64,000 nucleotides of DNA from Nemertoderma westbladi (taxonomy: Eukaryota; Animalia; Xenacoelomorpha): contig JAUCBJ010000570.1 of the NCBI GenBank assembly GCA_032718475.1, positions 1-64,000 on the forward strand, written 5' to 3'. A program made the translations under genes and the position numbers. A model generated the notes under the pieces. It had not been told where the DNA came from. It did not search any database and was given only the letters and a program-made list of their open reading frames with translations. How positions within the stretch are numbered: the first letter of the stretch is position 1; each line of letters begins with the position of its first letter. Positions 12,425 to 22,920 of this stretch are shown here, piece after piece.

Positions 12425-15400
12425 ATGTCTTTGCCCCATGCGTCTGTAGTTCGGACACCCACCGGCTCAGTTACTTTATCACCTACAACTGGGCCCCGAA
12501 TTATAGCGACTCCGACCTCATTGAATGATGTGGAGGCCTCGGAGATAACAATTGTTGGCGACCAGCCGACGTTATTACCAAATGAAATTAATCCCCCTAG
12601 CCGTGTGTGTATCAGAGGGACAGCAGTAGAGGATACAGTGAGTTTTGATCCACCACCACCAAGTGGCGAAGTTAATAAATTTACTGTAAGACCTCGTTCT
12701 TCCAGAACAGCATCCACCACAACCATGAATTCTATCGACATTGCTGCTATAAACCGTGGGTTAGGACAACTATACCGACATATGGATATTGGCATGTTGG
12801 AACTGGAACATCAAACCCAACAATCAGGTGAACACACGCCAGATATTAGCCGAAAAATGGACAAACTAGAAGGTAGGTGGAATAATATTCTAGAATTGTA
12901 TCAGAAACAGTGTTATTATTTCGAAAATATAGGAGGTAGTGTCGACGAACATCAGCAAGCTCGCAATAAATATGTAAGTTTAAGTGATCGGTATAAATTG
13001 CTAGTAGACAGGACGTCCATTTGTGAAGGAACCTCAATACAAGAGGCATCTTCGGTAAGTTCAAGGTTACGATCAGTTACCTATACACCAGTCACTTCGC
13101 TAACATGGGACAAGTATCCCATGACATTTTCATCCATTCCCAGGCCAAATATAGATCGTACTGTACTTCATACTGACAATGACATACTTAATGTCCTTTC
13201 TCCACATCGACTTAATGGTAGACCTAGACCCCATTCTACTGTAGAATATATCCCTGATATGGAAAATCGCTCTAGGCAAGGGAGTGTAGGAGGACAGTCT
13301 TCACAGCCCTCTGTTGTATCAAATTCTAGTTCCACTAGGTCATCTAGGATGAGGAGGATTGTTGATGGAAAAGCAGCAATCCTTGCCAAGCGGCAGGCTG
13401 CAGAAGCATTACGGCTTTCTCAGCAGATGGAATGGGAAAGGGTTCATGTCGAAAATGAGTTACTAATTGCTCAGGAGAATACACGCATTGAGGATGCTGA
13501 GCGGAAGGCCAAACGTTTTGCAGAAGATGTAAAACGTGCTGCAGAAGAAGATGCAATTCGAGCTAAGGAAGAAGCGGAGCGCATCCAGCAGGAAGCAAGA
13601 CAACGGATTCAGGAAAGCAAAAAAAAGAATGAAATCTATACTCGCATCCGCCAATTTGATGACCTCAGGGATCTGCAGCAAGCACAACATCAGCTTCAAG
13701 CAGAGGAGTATAGACAACAATTGGATATAGCAGAGTTGACTGCGATTGAAAGAGATACATCAGTAGACCTAGAAGCTCTAGCAATTCCATCAGTCCAATC
13801 CACTCCATTTTTAGATGAACTGGTACCTAACAAAATTGTGGGTGACCCTGACCACCCCATACAGGCATCCAACCCAGCTACCGGAATTGGACTAAGCAAT
13901 ACCAACTTAACTGCGAATCACCCTATTGCTGTGGTAGATCATCCTACTGTAGTCAGTCCTATAGCCGCCAACGTAACCCCTTCTCGCTCAGAGCAATTGA
14001 GTAAACAAAAACTCAAATTTGATCAAATACACAAACATATGGCCACTGATAGTGAAGAGGATTCCCCATCTGATTTACCACCTAACCATATTAAACCTCA
14101 AAAAACGATGATTTTCCACAGAGTAGTAGGGAAAAACAAGGTTTCCATGCCATCCATACCTGAGGACCACCCTGTGACTCAGCAGCAGTTGAGTGAAGTA
14201 TTAAACGGTGTAAAAAACTCAATAACTGAATTGTCTCGACATATGCCGACTCCTTTGTTTCCTAATAAGGACAGTAGTCTACCTCGGATGAACTCAGAGA
14301 CCCACCTAAGGGAACAAATATATTCCCAAAATCTGCCCAAACCCACCAAACCTAACAGGTCAACTAAAAGTTTTTCAATCCCACAGACTCCCTTACCAAA
14401 TCGATCATGTGTAGCTAGTGCCTATGGACCTTCACATTATCCACATGTGCGTAATGCATGTGATCAAGGAAAGGAATCGAATCCTAGATTACTTTCATCT
14501 CCTATAGTTATAGAAAAATTTAATGTACCAAGGGGACCTTGTGATAGTGCATTTTATGCCAGACCTCGTAGTACGCGCCAATGGGCTGAGACTCAACCAG
14601 TAAACTCACTAGTTAATGGGCAATATGAAGGGGACCATGGTCGTGAGTGGAGTAGGGACTCAGTTGGGGGGCAAACACCATACCGAGCAGGTGAGTATGA
14701 TAGGCAACCCCATAATCAACATGGTTACAGAGATCGAGGAGATCCAGACAGGGACTCTAGCCCACATAAACCTTCTGATGATGGTGACTCGTGTGACTGT
14801 GATGGTCACCAGAGTGACAACAAACCATATGTTTCTTCTAAATCTCGAAAAGGTCATTGTGGCCATCCCCAACCCCAACTAGGGACACCTTGTCACCATC
14901 CAACTTCTACCCAGCAGCATGCCCTGTTCGAAAAGTTAGCACTATCCTTGGAGGCTCCTAAACTGGACCCAACTCCGTTCACTGGAGATCCCAAGAAATT
15001 CTTAGGTTTTAAAAACCGTTTCATAACCCAAGTAGATGCTAAGGAAGTCCCTGATGATGTTAAATTACGTTACTTGATTACTTATGTACGGGGAGAACCA
15101 TTAGACATGATAGAACACTATGAGGGCATGGTTGATGGTTATGCACAAGCCTGGAGCACTTTAGAGAGACTGTATGGACAGCCGGCGAAGGTGATGAAAG
15201 CCGTAGTAGCTGATGTTACTCGTTGTAGGTATCCTGTGGCATCTCCCAAGGAGTTATTAAAATACTCACATGATGTTCGGCGGACAATGGATATACTTCA
15301 AAGCCTGAACTGTTATGCTTATGTCAATAACCCTGACTTCATTCAGCAGATCGCTTCAAACCTTTCGAATGTTATCAGGAACCGCTGGGCAACTCAGGTA

Positions 15401-18400
15401 CATGAATATCGAATGCGAAATGGTACTGACCCAGGTATGCCTGAACTTGTAGTTTTCCTTGACAGGGAAACCAGTATTGCAACCTGCCCTCTTTATGGGC
15501 CGCAAGCTGCTAGTGATATCTTGAAGTGCAAGATGGGAGACCGTTTTAAGGGTTTTTTTCCACGGCCATCTCCTGAATCGACTCCAACAAGCACTATGGA
15601 AAACTTCCATATCCATGACTCACCATCTGCCGATATCAATGTTACGGAACCTCCTTTAGGTGATGACAATTATAAAGGTGAGCAGGACTCTGAGTTAGAT
15701 GTGAATGCAATGGCAGCTGATTGTTTGCCTTGTCTATGTTGTAATGATAAACACCCACTGACCCAGTGCACACGTTTTCAGGGTTATGGTTCTGATGCTT
15801 GTTATGACTTTGTTATAGAACATAAATTGTGCACACTGTGTCTTAGGAAAGGTCACTGGAGGCGAAAGTGTCGCTCAAAATATAGGTGTAATTTAAACGG
15901 TTGTGGAAAACGCCATGCTAGAGTGTTACATCCAGAGCCCGGTAAAACAGAAGAAGAAACAGATGATCTGATCCGCAATTATTATGCTCTTCAGCGTGAC
16001 AGCCAATCAGAAACTTCAGTAAAGTTTAGTAAATTTATGGCTCCGATAAACAAGCCCGATCATAAGCTGTACAAGCAGGTTGCCGCCATGGCATCAAACC
16101 ATAATGTTCTGACCGAGGCCAAAGCTGTGTTTTTGCGTGTTGTTCCACTTGAAGTAAGTAGTCACACTACAGGGCGGAAACTCACTACCTTCGCTTTATT
16201 AGATGAAGGGTCAACAGGGACCTTCATAGACAAGGTAGTTGGACATTACTTAGGCATTGAGACACAATATGTTGATGTTTCGTTGAACACTATACTCACC
16301 CAGGGTGATGATAAGACAATAGAACAAGGAAGTTGCATAGTAAGATCTATAATGAAGGAAGGAAAAATCAATCTTTATCTCCATCATGTAATGCTTATGT
16401 CTGATTTTCATCTAAACTATGCTAGACCACAAAAATGGTCCATCGACGACCTTCCTTACTTAAAAAATATCAATCTCAAATACCCAGATGTGGACATTGA
16501 CCGTATATCGATGCTGATAGGAATAAATAATCCACAGGCACACAAAATCATTAGATCTGTCTGGGGACCTACACCCTATGATGAAGCGAACAACCCACAT
16601 GCCATTAAAACACCATTTGGTTGGACTTTAGTTGGGCCACTCATCAATGGGTTACCAAAAATACTTGTGACATCAGAAGATGACAAAAATGATCATATAA
16701 TGGAACAACAGCAACCAGATGTTGAATTTCATACTTGCACCGCAATACAAAGTTCATCTTACGATTTTGTCGAGCAGATGGAAGGTGCTCCTCAACCTTG
16801 TATATGGAATCTTAGTAAGGATACTGATGATGCTAAGTACCATTTTATAGATGACTCTCAAACCAATCTATATGCAGACAGGGGACTGGATAATGTTCCT
16901 ACGTCCAACACCATTTGTATAAATCACGTTGAGTGCTGTCCATGGAAAAGAGATAATTGTCCAGATGACATAGTTACACATAATGATTTGAAACGGTTTT
17001 GGGACTCTGAAGCCTATTCTTGCCCAACTGGAATAGCCACAAAGTCAGTGCAAGACCGTAAGTGTGAAAAAATTCTCCAAAACACGACAAAGCTAATTAA
17101 TGGCCACTACTATGTAGGAATGTTATGGATTGACCATGATAAACCTCTAATTAATAACAAATCCTTGGCAATTTCTCGACTTAGGTGGATTAAACGGAAG
17201 CTCTCAAAAATGCCTGCAGCTCACCAACAGTATCAGTCTATTTTTGATGACTATGAAGCTAAAGGTTATGCCAAAAAATTATCATTGGAAGAAAAAATGG
17301 CATTGAATGGTCCCAGGACTTATTATGTCCCAACCCATCCGGTATGGAACCCTAACAAACCTGGAAAACTCCGTGTGGTTAACAATGCTGCTTTAGAGTA
17401 CAAAGGGATGAGCCTGAACTCCAATTTGATGGAAGGGCCAAACTTCTATAACTCTATCATTGATGTTCTCCTCAATTTCCGATTACATCGTGTAGTATTT
17501 GCCTGTGATGTTGATGCAATGTTCCACCAGGTGCGGACATATGACTATGACTCACAATCGCAGAATATCATATGGTGGGAGGGTGACACTGAACCTGACA
17601 GCATGGTTGACTACACTGTGTATCAAATGCAGGTAGCTATATTCGGAGCTACAGACTCTCCATGTCGAGCAACCCATGGAATGAGAACAACAGCAGACGA
17701 CAACCGAGATAAGTTCCCCCCTGAAGTTATTACAGCCATCAAAGAACATTTCTATGTAGATGACGGACTTTCAGGAGCGGAGACAGTAGAACAAGCTGTG
17801 AAACTTGCACTGGGCGTTATCGATTGCCTTAGCCTGGGGGGTTTTAACCTTGCTAAATTTATATCAAATTCGAAGGACTTTCTTGAGTTCATTCCCCTTG
17901 AACGACGAGCTCAAGTGGATCTAGACCTGGCATTTGATGAACTTCCTGTTGCAAGAGCACTGGGGATAACGTGGTCACCTGAGACTGACACGTTTACATT
18001 TAAACCAATCACAAAACGACACTCTCCTACCAAACGTGGGTGTTTAGCTACAGTAGCTTCCATCTACGACCCTTTGGGACTAGTTGCCCCTGTTGTACTA
18101 CGAGGTAAGCAGTTCCTACAGAGATTGTGGGGACTTAACTTAGGATGGGACGAGATCCTAGACAAGGAGTTACTCGAAGATTGGAACTTGTGGTACCACC
18201 AACTCCAACTCTTGTCTCACCTCCACATTCAACGCCACTATTTTTTTGACCACCTTTCTAACCCGGATGATACATTGCAACTACATCATTTTTGTGATGC
18301 AAGTTTAATAGGATATGGCTGTATTTCATATATTCGAAAGATATCATCTCTTGGACTTATCACATGTTCCTTGATTTATGCAAAGACCAGGACAGCCCCT

Positions 18401-20482
18401 TTGAAACAAGTTCCAATTCCCAAATTGGAGTTACAAGCTGCAGTATTATTAACCCAGAGTCACAGACAGATTATCTCTAGCATTGGCCCACAGATACAAT
18501 CATCAAATGTTGTATGTTGGTCAGACTCAAAGGCAGTTTTATTTCAGCTGGCCAATGAGGCAAGACGGTTTGAAACATATGTCGCCAACCGAGTAGAGGA
18601 AATACGCCGCCATACCACACCTCAGCAATGGCGCCATATTCCTGGACATAAGAACCCCGCTGATATTGCTAGTCGCGGCTCCAACCCTTCTGACTTTGTA
18701 CAGACCTATCAGAATCCTTGGTTCAATGGACCACTATTTCTTGGACAACCTGAAACACGATGGGAAGAAACATTACAGATTAAGAATCCCATGGAACATG
18801 CTGATCCACCAGCTAACGCAGGTTTGAAGGCTAACAAGCCTAAAAAACTCACGAAGTCTAAGGTTATTGCCGCCACATATATTACCGAACCAAATAAAGC
18901 AATACACAATCTACTCCATCGTTTTAGTTCATTTGATTTATTAAAGCGTGTTATTGCTAGATTCCTTGTAAAAATAGAACATATACGTCGTAGAAGTTGT
19001 GAAATACGGGAACTTATAGATGGCAAACAGCTGTTTTATAAGTGCTGGATCCTAGCTGAAGCCAAAGCTCTAATTCTTTTACAATCTATGACATTTCGTG
19101 ATGTTATTGACTCTGTCGTTGCCAAGCGACAGCACTCACTCCCCCGAGCCTTTGCTATACTGAACCCCATTGTAGGAACAGATGGTTTATTACGCATGGG
19201 ATCCAGACTCGGTCTTTTGCAGACATCCTCTTATGACATGACGCATCCTATCATCTTACCAACCTCACATCACTTGACAACCGTAATAATAAGAGATGTA
19301 CACATCAATCATGGACACATGGGTGTGGACTATACGATTAACAAGATTAGACAGAAATACTGGGTGCCTGCCCTTAGAAGGTTAGTGAAAACAATTATTA
19401 AACATTGCATTCCGTGTAGAAAACGTTATGCCAAACCAGGACAACAGATGATGGCTCCTATTCCTATCGTGAGAACAATTGGCTACCTTCCGCCCTTTAC
19501 CAATCTTGGTGTAGACCTATTCGGTCCCTTATACGTAACCAGGGGACGCGGATCCGACAAACGTTTTGGTGTACTTCTCACATGCATGAGTTCTAGAGCT
19601 GTGGTGTTAGATTTATCACTTAACTACAGTGCAGACGCACTGCTGTGTGTGCTACGGCGTTTTATTTGTAACCACGCGGGAGTAGAGAACATTTACTCTG
19701 ATCAAGGGAGTCATTTCGGTGGTAGTGAAACTGAGTTGGATAGACTCGCTATAGAAGCCCAGGAAGCTGGAATACCTCACGATATCATTGGAAAGATCAC
19801 ATGGTTCTTCCAAACCCCTACGGCCAGTCATCATGGGGGCGTATGGGAAAGGTTAATTAAAACTACGAAAAATACCTTTCGTGCACTTATGGAAGAACGG
19901 CACTCCCAACACAAACTAGTTTCTGAGGAAGTATTGCGAACCACCATGGCTGAAGTTCAATACCTTATCAACAACAGGCCTCTCTGTTCCCTTAATGATG
20001 ACGTGACGTCAAACGAGGTATTGACCCCCAATCATCTCCTACTACGAAGGAAAACAACAGTACCGTCTTCAAATGAATTATTACACGAACTCTATGACGG
20101 ACACGAACTGCATTACAAGAAAATGTGGAGGAAGTCCCAATATCTAGCTAGCCAATACTGGCGTATATGGCGTGAAACCTATATACAAAATCTCATGACG
20201 CGACAGAAGTGGCTCAAACCACACCGTAACTTCAAAGTAGGAGACATAGTCTTAGTGATTAACCCCGACACAAAACGCCACAATTGGCAGGTAGGACGTG
20301 TTACTGAGGTCTTACCGAGTGCAGACGGACTAATTCGCACTGTGCACGTGAGAACAAAGACATCCGTGTTATGCCGCCCTATACAAAAAATATGTTTATT
20401 GGAAATGGCATTAGATGACTCTATGAAAAACATACCAGTAAATGACGACTCCCCTCACACTAAAAATTTGACTGGGGACTAA
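12425..20482 (+). CDS. BEL/Pao Gag-Pol polyprotein (2685 aa, uninterrupted)
   Basis: Gag core (PFTGDPKKF...LERLYG), three Cys/His knuckles, protease ALLDEGS, RT FYVDD, RNase H HHFCDAS and WSDS, integrase HHCC (HINHGH/CIPC) plus GVDLFGP, SDQG, GGVWERLI, and C-terminal FKVGDIVLV...GRVTEV. Confidence 0.97.
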   Translation: MSLPHASVVRTPTGSVTLSPTTGPRIIATPTSLNDVEASEITIVGDQPTLLPNEINPPSRVCIRGTAVEDTVSFDPPPPSGEVNKFTVRPRSSRTASTTTMNSIDIAAINRGLGQLYRHMDIGMLELEHQTQQSGEHTPDISRKMDKLEGRWNNILELYQKQCYYFENIGGSVDEHQQARNKYVSLSDRYKLLVDRTSICEGTSIQEASSVSSRLRSVTYTPVTSLTWDKYPMTFSSIPRPNIDRTVLHTDNDILNVLSPHRLNGRPRPHSTVEYIPDMENRSRQGSVGGQSSQPSVVSNSSSTRSSRMRRIVDGKAAILAKRQAAEALRLSQQMEWERVHVENELLIAQENTRIEDAERKAKRFAEDVKRAAEEDAIRAKEEAERIQQEARQRIQESKKKNEIYTRIRQFDDLRDLQQAQHQLQAEEYRQQLDIAELTAIERDTSVDLEALAIPSVQSTPFLDELVPNKIVGDPDHPIQASNPATGIGLSNTNLTANHPIAVVDHPTVVSPIAANVTPSRSEQLSKQKLKFDQIHKHMATDSEEDSPSDLPPNHIKPQKTMIFHRVVGKNKVSMPSIPEDHPVTQQQLSEVLNGVKNSITELSRHMPTPLFPNKDSSLPRMNSETHLREQIYSQNLPKPTKPNRSTKSFSIPQTPLPNRSCVASAYGPSHYPHVRNACDQGKESNPRLLSSPIVIEKFNVPRGPCDSAFYARPRSTRQWAETQPVNSLVNGQYEGDHGREWSRDSVGGQTPYRAGEYDRQPHNQHGYRDRGDPDRDSSPHKPSDDGDSCDCDGHQSDNKPYVSSKSRKGHCGHPQPQLGTPCHHPTSTQQHALFEKLALSLEAPKLDPTPFTGDPKKFLGFKNRFITQVDAKEVPDDVKLRYLITYVRGEPLDMIEHYEGMVDGYAQAWSTLERLYGQPAKVMKAVVADVTRCRYPVASPKELLKYSHDVRRTMDILQSLNCYAYVNNPDFIQQIASNLSNVIRNRWATQVHEYRMRNGTDPGMPELVVFLDRETSIATCPLYGPQAASDILKCKMGDRFKGFFPRPSPESTPTSTMENFHIHDSPSADINVTEPPLGDDNYKGEQDSELDVNAMAADCLPCLCCNDKHPLTQCTRFQGYGSDACYDFVIEHKLCTLCLRKGHWRRKCRSKYRCNLNGCGKRHARVLHPEPGKTEEETDDLIRNYYALQRDSQSETSVKFSKFMAPINKPDHKLYKQVAAMASNHNVLTEAKAVFLRVVPLEVSSHTTGRKLTTFALLDEGSTGTFIDKVVGHYLGIETQYVDVSLNTILTQGDDKTIEQGSCIVRSIMKEGKINLYLHHVMLMSDFHLNYARPQKWSIDDLPYLKNINLKYPDVDIDRISMLIGINNPQAHKIIRSVWGPTPYDEANNPHAIKTPFGWTLVGPLINGLPKILVTSEDDKNDHIMEQQQPDVEFHTCTAIQSSSYDFVEQMEGAPQPCIWNLSKDTDDAKYHFIDDSQTNLYADRGLDNVPTSNTICINHVECCPWKRDNCPDDIVTHNDLKRFWDSEAYSCPTGIATKSVQDRKCEKILQNTTKLINGHYYVGMLWIDHDKPLINNKSLAISRLRWIKRKLSKMPAAHQQYQSIFDDYEAKGYAKKLSLEEKMALNGPRTYYVPTHPVWNPNKPGKLRVVNNAALEYKGMSLNSNLMEGPNFYNSIIDVLLNFRLHRVVFACDVDAMFHQVRTYDYDSQSQNIIWWEGDTEPDSMVDYTVYQMQVAIFGATDSPCRATHGMRTTADDNRDKFPPEVITAIKEHFYVDDGLSGAETVEQAVKLALGVIDCLSLGGFNLAKFISNSKDFLEFIPLERRAQVDLDLAFDELPVARALGITWSPETDTFTFKPITKRHSPTKRGCLATVASIYDPLGLVAPVVLRGKQFLQRLWGLNLGWDEILDKELLEDWNLWYHQLQLLSHLHIQRHYFFDHLSNPDDTLQLHHFCDASLIGYGCISYIRKISSLGLITCSLIYAKTRTAPLKQVPIPKLELQAAVLLTQSHRQIISSIGPQIQSSNVVCWSDSKAVLFQLANEARRFETYVANRVEEIRRHTTPQQWRHIPGHKNPADIASRGSNPSDFVQTYQNPWFNGPLFLGQPETRWEETLQIKNPMEHADPPANAGLKANKPKKLTKSKVIAATYITEPNKAIHNLLHRFSSFDLLKRVIARFLVKIEHIRRRSCEIRELIDGKQLFYKCWILAEAKALILLQSMTFRDVIDSVVAKRQHSLPRAFAILNPIVGTDGLLRMGSRLGLLQTSSYDMTHPIILPTSHHLTTVIIRDVHINHGHMGVDYTINKIRQKYWVPALRRLVKTIIKHCIPCRKRYAKPGQQMMAPIPIVRTIGYLPPFTNLGVDLFGPLYVTRGRGSDKRFGVLLTCMSSRAVVLDLSLNYSADALLCVLRRFICNHAGVENIYSDQGSHFGGSETELDRLAIEAQEAGIPHDIIGKITWFFQTPTASHHGGVWERLIKTTKNTFRALMEERHSQHKLVSEEVLRTTMAEVQYLINNRPLCSLNDDVTSNEVLTPNHLLLRRKTTVPSSNELLHELYDGHELHYKKMWRKSQYLASQYWRIWRETYIQNLMTRQKWLKPHRNFKVGDIVLVINPDTKRHNWQVGRVTEVLPSADGLIRTVHVRTKTSVLCRPIQKICLLEMALDDSMKNIPVNDDSPHTKNLTGD

Positions 20483-21581
20483 TAATATTACAAATTAGTA
20501 AATATGAAAGTCAAATTTCAGTGTTATTTTATTCCAATGTTGATTTACATTTTGGTAAGTCAGTTGTAAAAACTTAATAATAATTTGATTGGAAGGTTTG
20601 TTTTCAATAATTAAAATATCTCAAAACCATGTCTGTCAAAACCATATTTGCTTATATAGAGCTAGTTTTTGCCTATAAGCAAACCAGGAAGATGTGACTA
20701 GATTTTACAAAATAATAATATTCCACCAAATTATTATTAAGTGAAGTAAAGAATATGTGTTAACTATTGTGTTAACAAAATAAGACTATTTATTTAGATA
20801 TCTCTTTGAATTCTCTTTGGTGAGTATAAAGTTCAAACCATCTTCCATACATGGAACGTCCAACAACACCAGGTTAGCTAATCCGAACTGGACGCCATAT
20901 TTTCGTGTTTCGCAATGGCTATTGCGTCGATGTATGAACTCCTCAACAATACGTTGCCTGGTCAATAAATTATATAATATTATCGCTCTGTCCTGTCGGA
21001 TGGAATGTACGAACTACAGACAGAGTGGAAAAAATTAAAATATAAGTGCGGAATATTTAAATAAAATCGCACGGGATTCGAGTGAAGTATATTAATAATC
21101 ATGAACCGCCTGAAATTGCTTCATCATCAAAACAATAAAATTGCACAATTACGTAAGTTGCTTTCGAGCAATTGGTAACCTAATAATTATTTGGTATAAC
21201 CTTTGTGCATATTTATTTTTATAAACACAACATTCCCGTAACACCTTACCACCCTGGTGTGTGACTATTAATTATAAACTGAAAGAAAATTGTACATATA
21301 TGCCTCAACTTTCAAGTGTTTTGTGTAGTCATTTTTGCATAATGGTGAGTTATTTTTTCGTATTTGTGTAGTTATAAAGAAAATGAAGTATTTAAGTTTG
21401 TTGTATTACTAACTAATAGGAAGTTATGTACGTACAGATAGCAATATTTTTTTTAAACTGAAACTTTTCACGCTTCAGGTGCCTTTACTTATATTCCAAG
21501 TGCAATTTATAGAGTATCAATATGTTATTTTGTGAAAGATATTTCCCATTTATTTATGTATGTAATTTTTTTCAACACCGT

Positions 21582-21600
21582 AAAAAAAAAATTAGGGGAC
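21582..21600 (+). promoter_or_regulatory. Polypurine tract
   Basis: AAAAAAAAAATTAGGGGAC immediately before the 3' LTR. Confidence 0.6.
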
Positions 21601-21985
21601 TGTATTCGAATCGATATACTTTTAGCATTTAGGACCTAATTATTGTTAACCCTCTTTTTTCTTTATCAGTAAAAGCCGTACCGGTAACAAGATTCATTGT
21701 TGCATTCTAAATATAGCAATCAGCCCTATGTGTAGAAGTTGTTTGTTTCCGTACCGGTAAAGTACCTATCTATATATATGGTGCCCTAACTTCACCATTT
21801 GTTACGAGATTCCGTTAACTGTTTATCTGTTTATTGAGATTATTATTATATTATTATGTATTAACAACCTAATTTCTCTTCAACGAAATCTCCGTTAACA
21901 TCTTGGCTTTACAGCTTTAGTCAATTCAGCAATACGTCGACATTCAGATTAGGGAACCTCCGGTTTATGCCCGGTTATGCATACA
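21601..21985 (+). repeat. 3' LTR of the BEL/Pao element
   Basis: Copy of 10740-11124, followed by TSD GTTTC. Confidence 0.97.
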
Positions 21986-22920
21986 GTTTCCTAATATCCA
22001 CGATTTTTCTCTAGAAAAATTGCTTGAAAAATGCTACCTATGACTTTTTTTTATAAAATATTTCAAATATAAATTGTTAGAATTATTTAACATAAAAAGC
22101 ATACATGATTTTTATATTATTTGGTACGGGCCTAGCCATATCAAATTTGTTTCATGATAATATAATAATCGTAGTTTACGGTGGTGGGGAATGCCTCATA
22201 GTATATGATGACATGGTGGTGAGTCAAAGGAGCTATTAAGTTTTTATTTGTCTCATCTGAAAGAGGACATAATTTTAGTTAGGGACAATGGACTAAAAAA
22301 CCAAATATTTTTTGATGATATTAAACGTCAAACGTCATATTAAACTTTGTTACTTCTTTGAAACAAAAATTAACGTCGTTCCATAATCAGTTTTAATTTT
22401 ATGTTTCGTAGTACTTTAAATTACGTAATACTTTAAGCATAACATTTGAACGTAACACTTTAAGACCTTAAAAGCTTATAAGTTATTTAGCTAATGTTAA
22501 TAGTTCAAATGACTTTTAACGCCAAAATCTGGTTACAAAACAGCAAACAGGAAACACTAATTTAAATTTATGTGCAGCCGCCAACATTTTTACTATCTGC
22601 AAAATGCAAAGTTAATCAAATACTAAGTGTAATTTAAGGATTCTTTTCTATGATCTCTGTAATTGGATTGGATGGTGCTACTACTACTGCAGTAGTAACT
22701 ATAGGCCTACATTGGTACATGTATGGTACTTACAGTGTTATACCACCGCACCAAAAGCCCTACACAATAAGTTAATTACTTGGAGGAATAAAATATAACA
22801 CAATCGGATACAGCATTATGCATTCACAAAAGGTAATTGAGGTTTGGTGACAGCTACATGGCATTCTAATTGTAAACGGAAAGCTATTATTGCGTTGATG
22901 TTTAACAATTGGGGTTAAGT

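Larger units (their letters stand above)
10740..21985 (+). mobile_element. Full-length BEL/Pao LTR retrotransposon
   Basis: Two 385-bp LTRs (TGTAT...ATACA), perfect 5-bp TSD GTTTC (10735-10739 and 21986-21990), and a single gag-pol ORF. Confidence 0.97.

Noticed and set aside
12403-20433. Antisense and alternative-frame ORFs inside gag-pol
   Set aside because: Short shadows of a long coding frame with no recognisable motifs.
20817-21038. Possible env ORF in the BEL 3' region
   Set aside because: Only 73 codons, non-ATG start, and no signal peptide or transmembrane segment.
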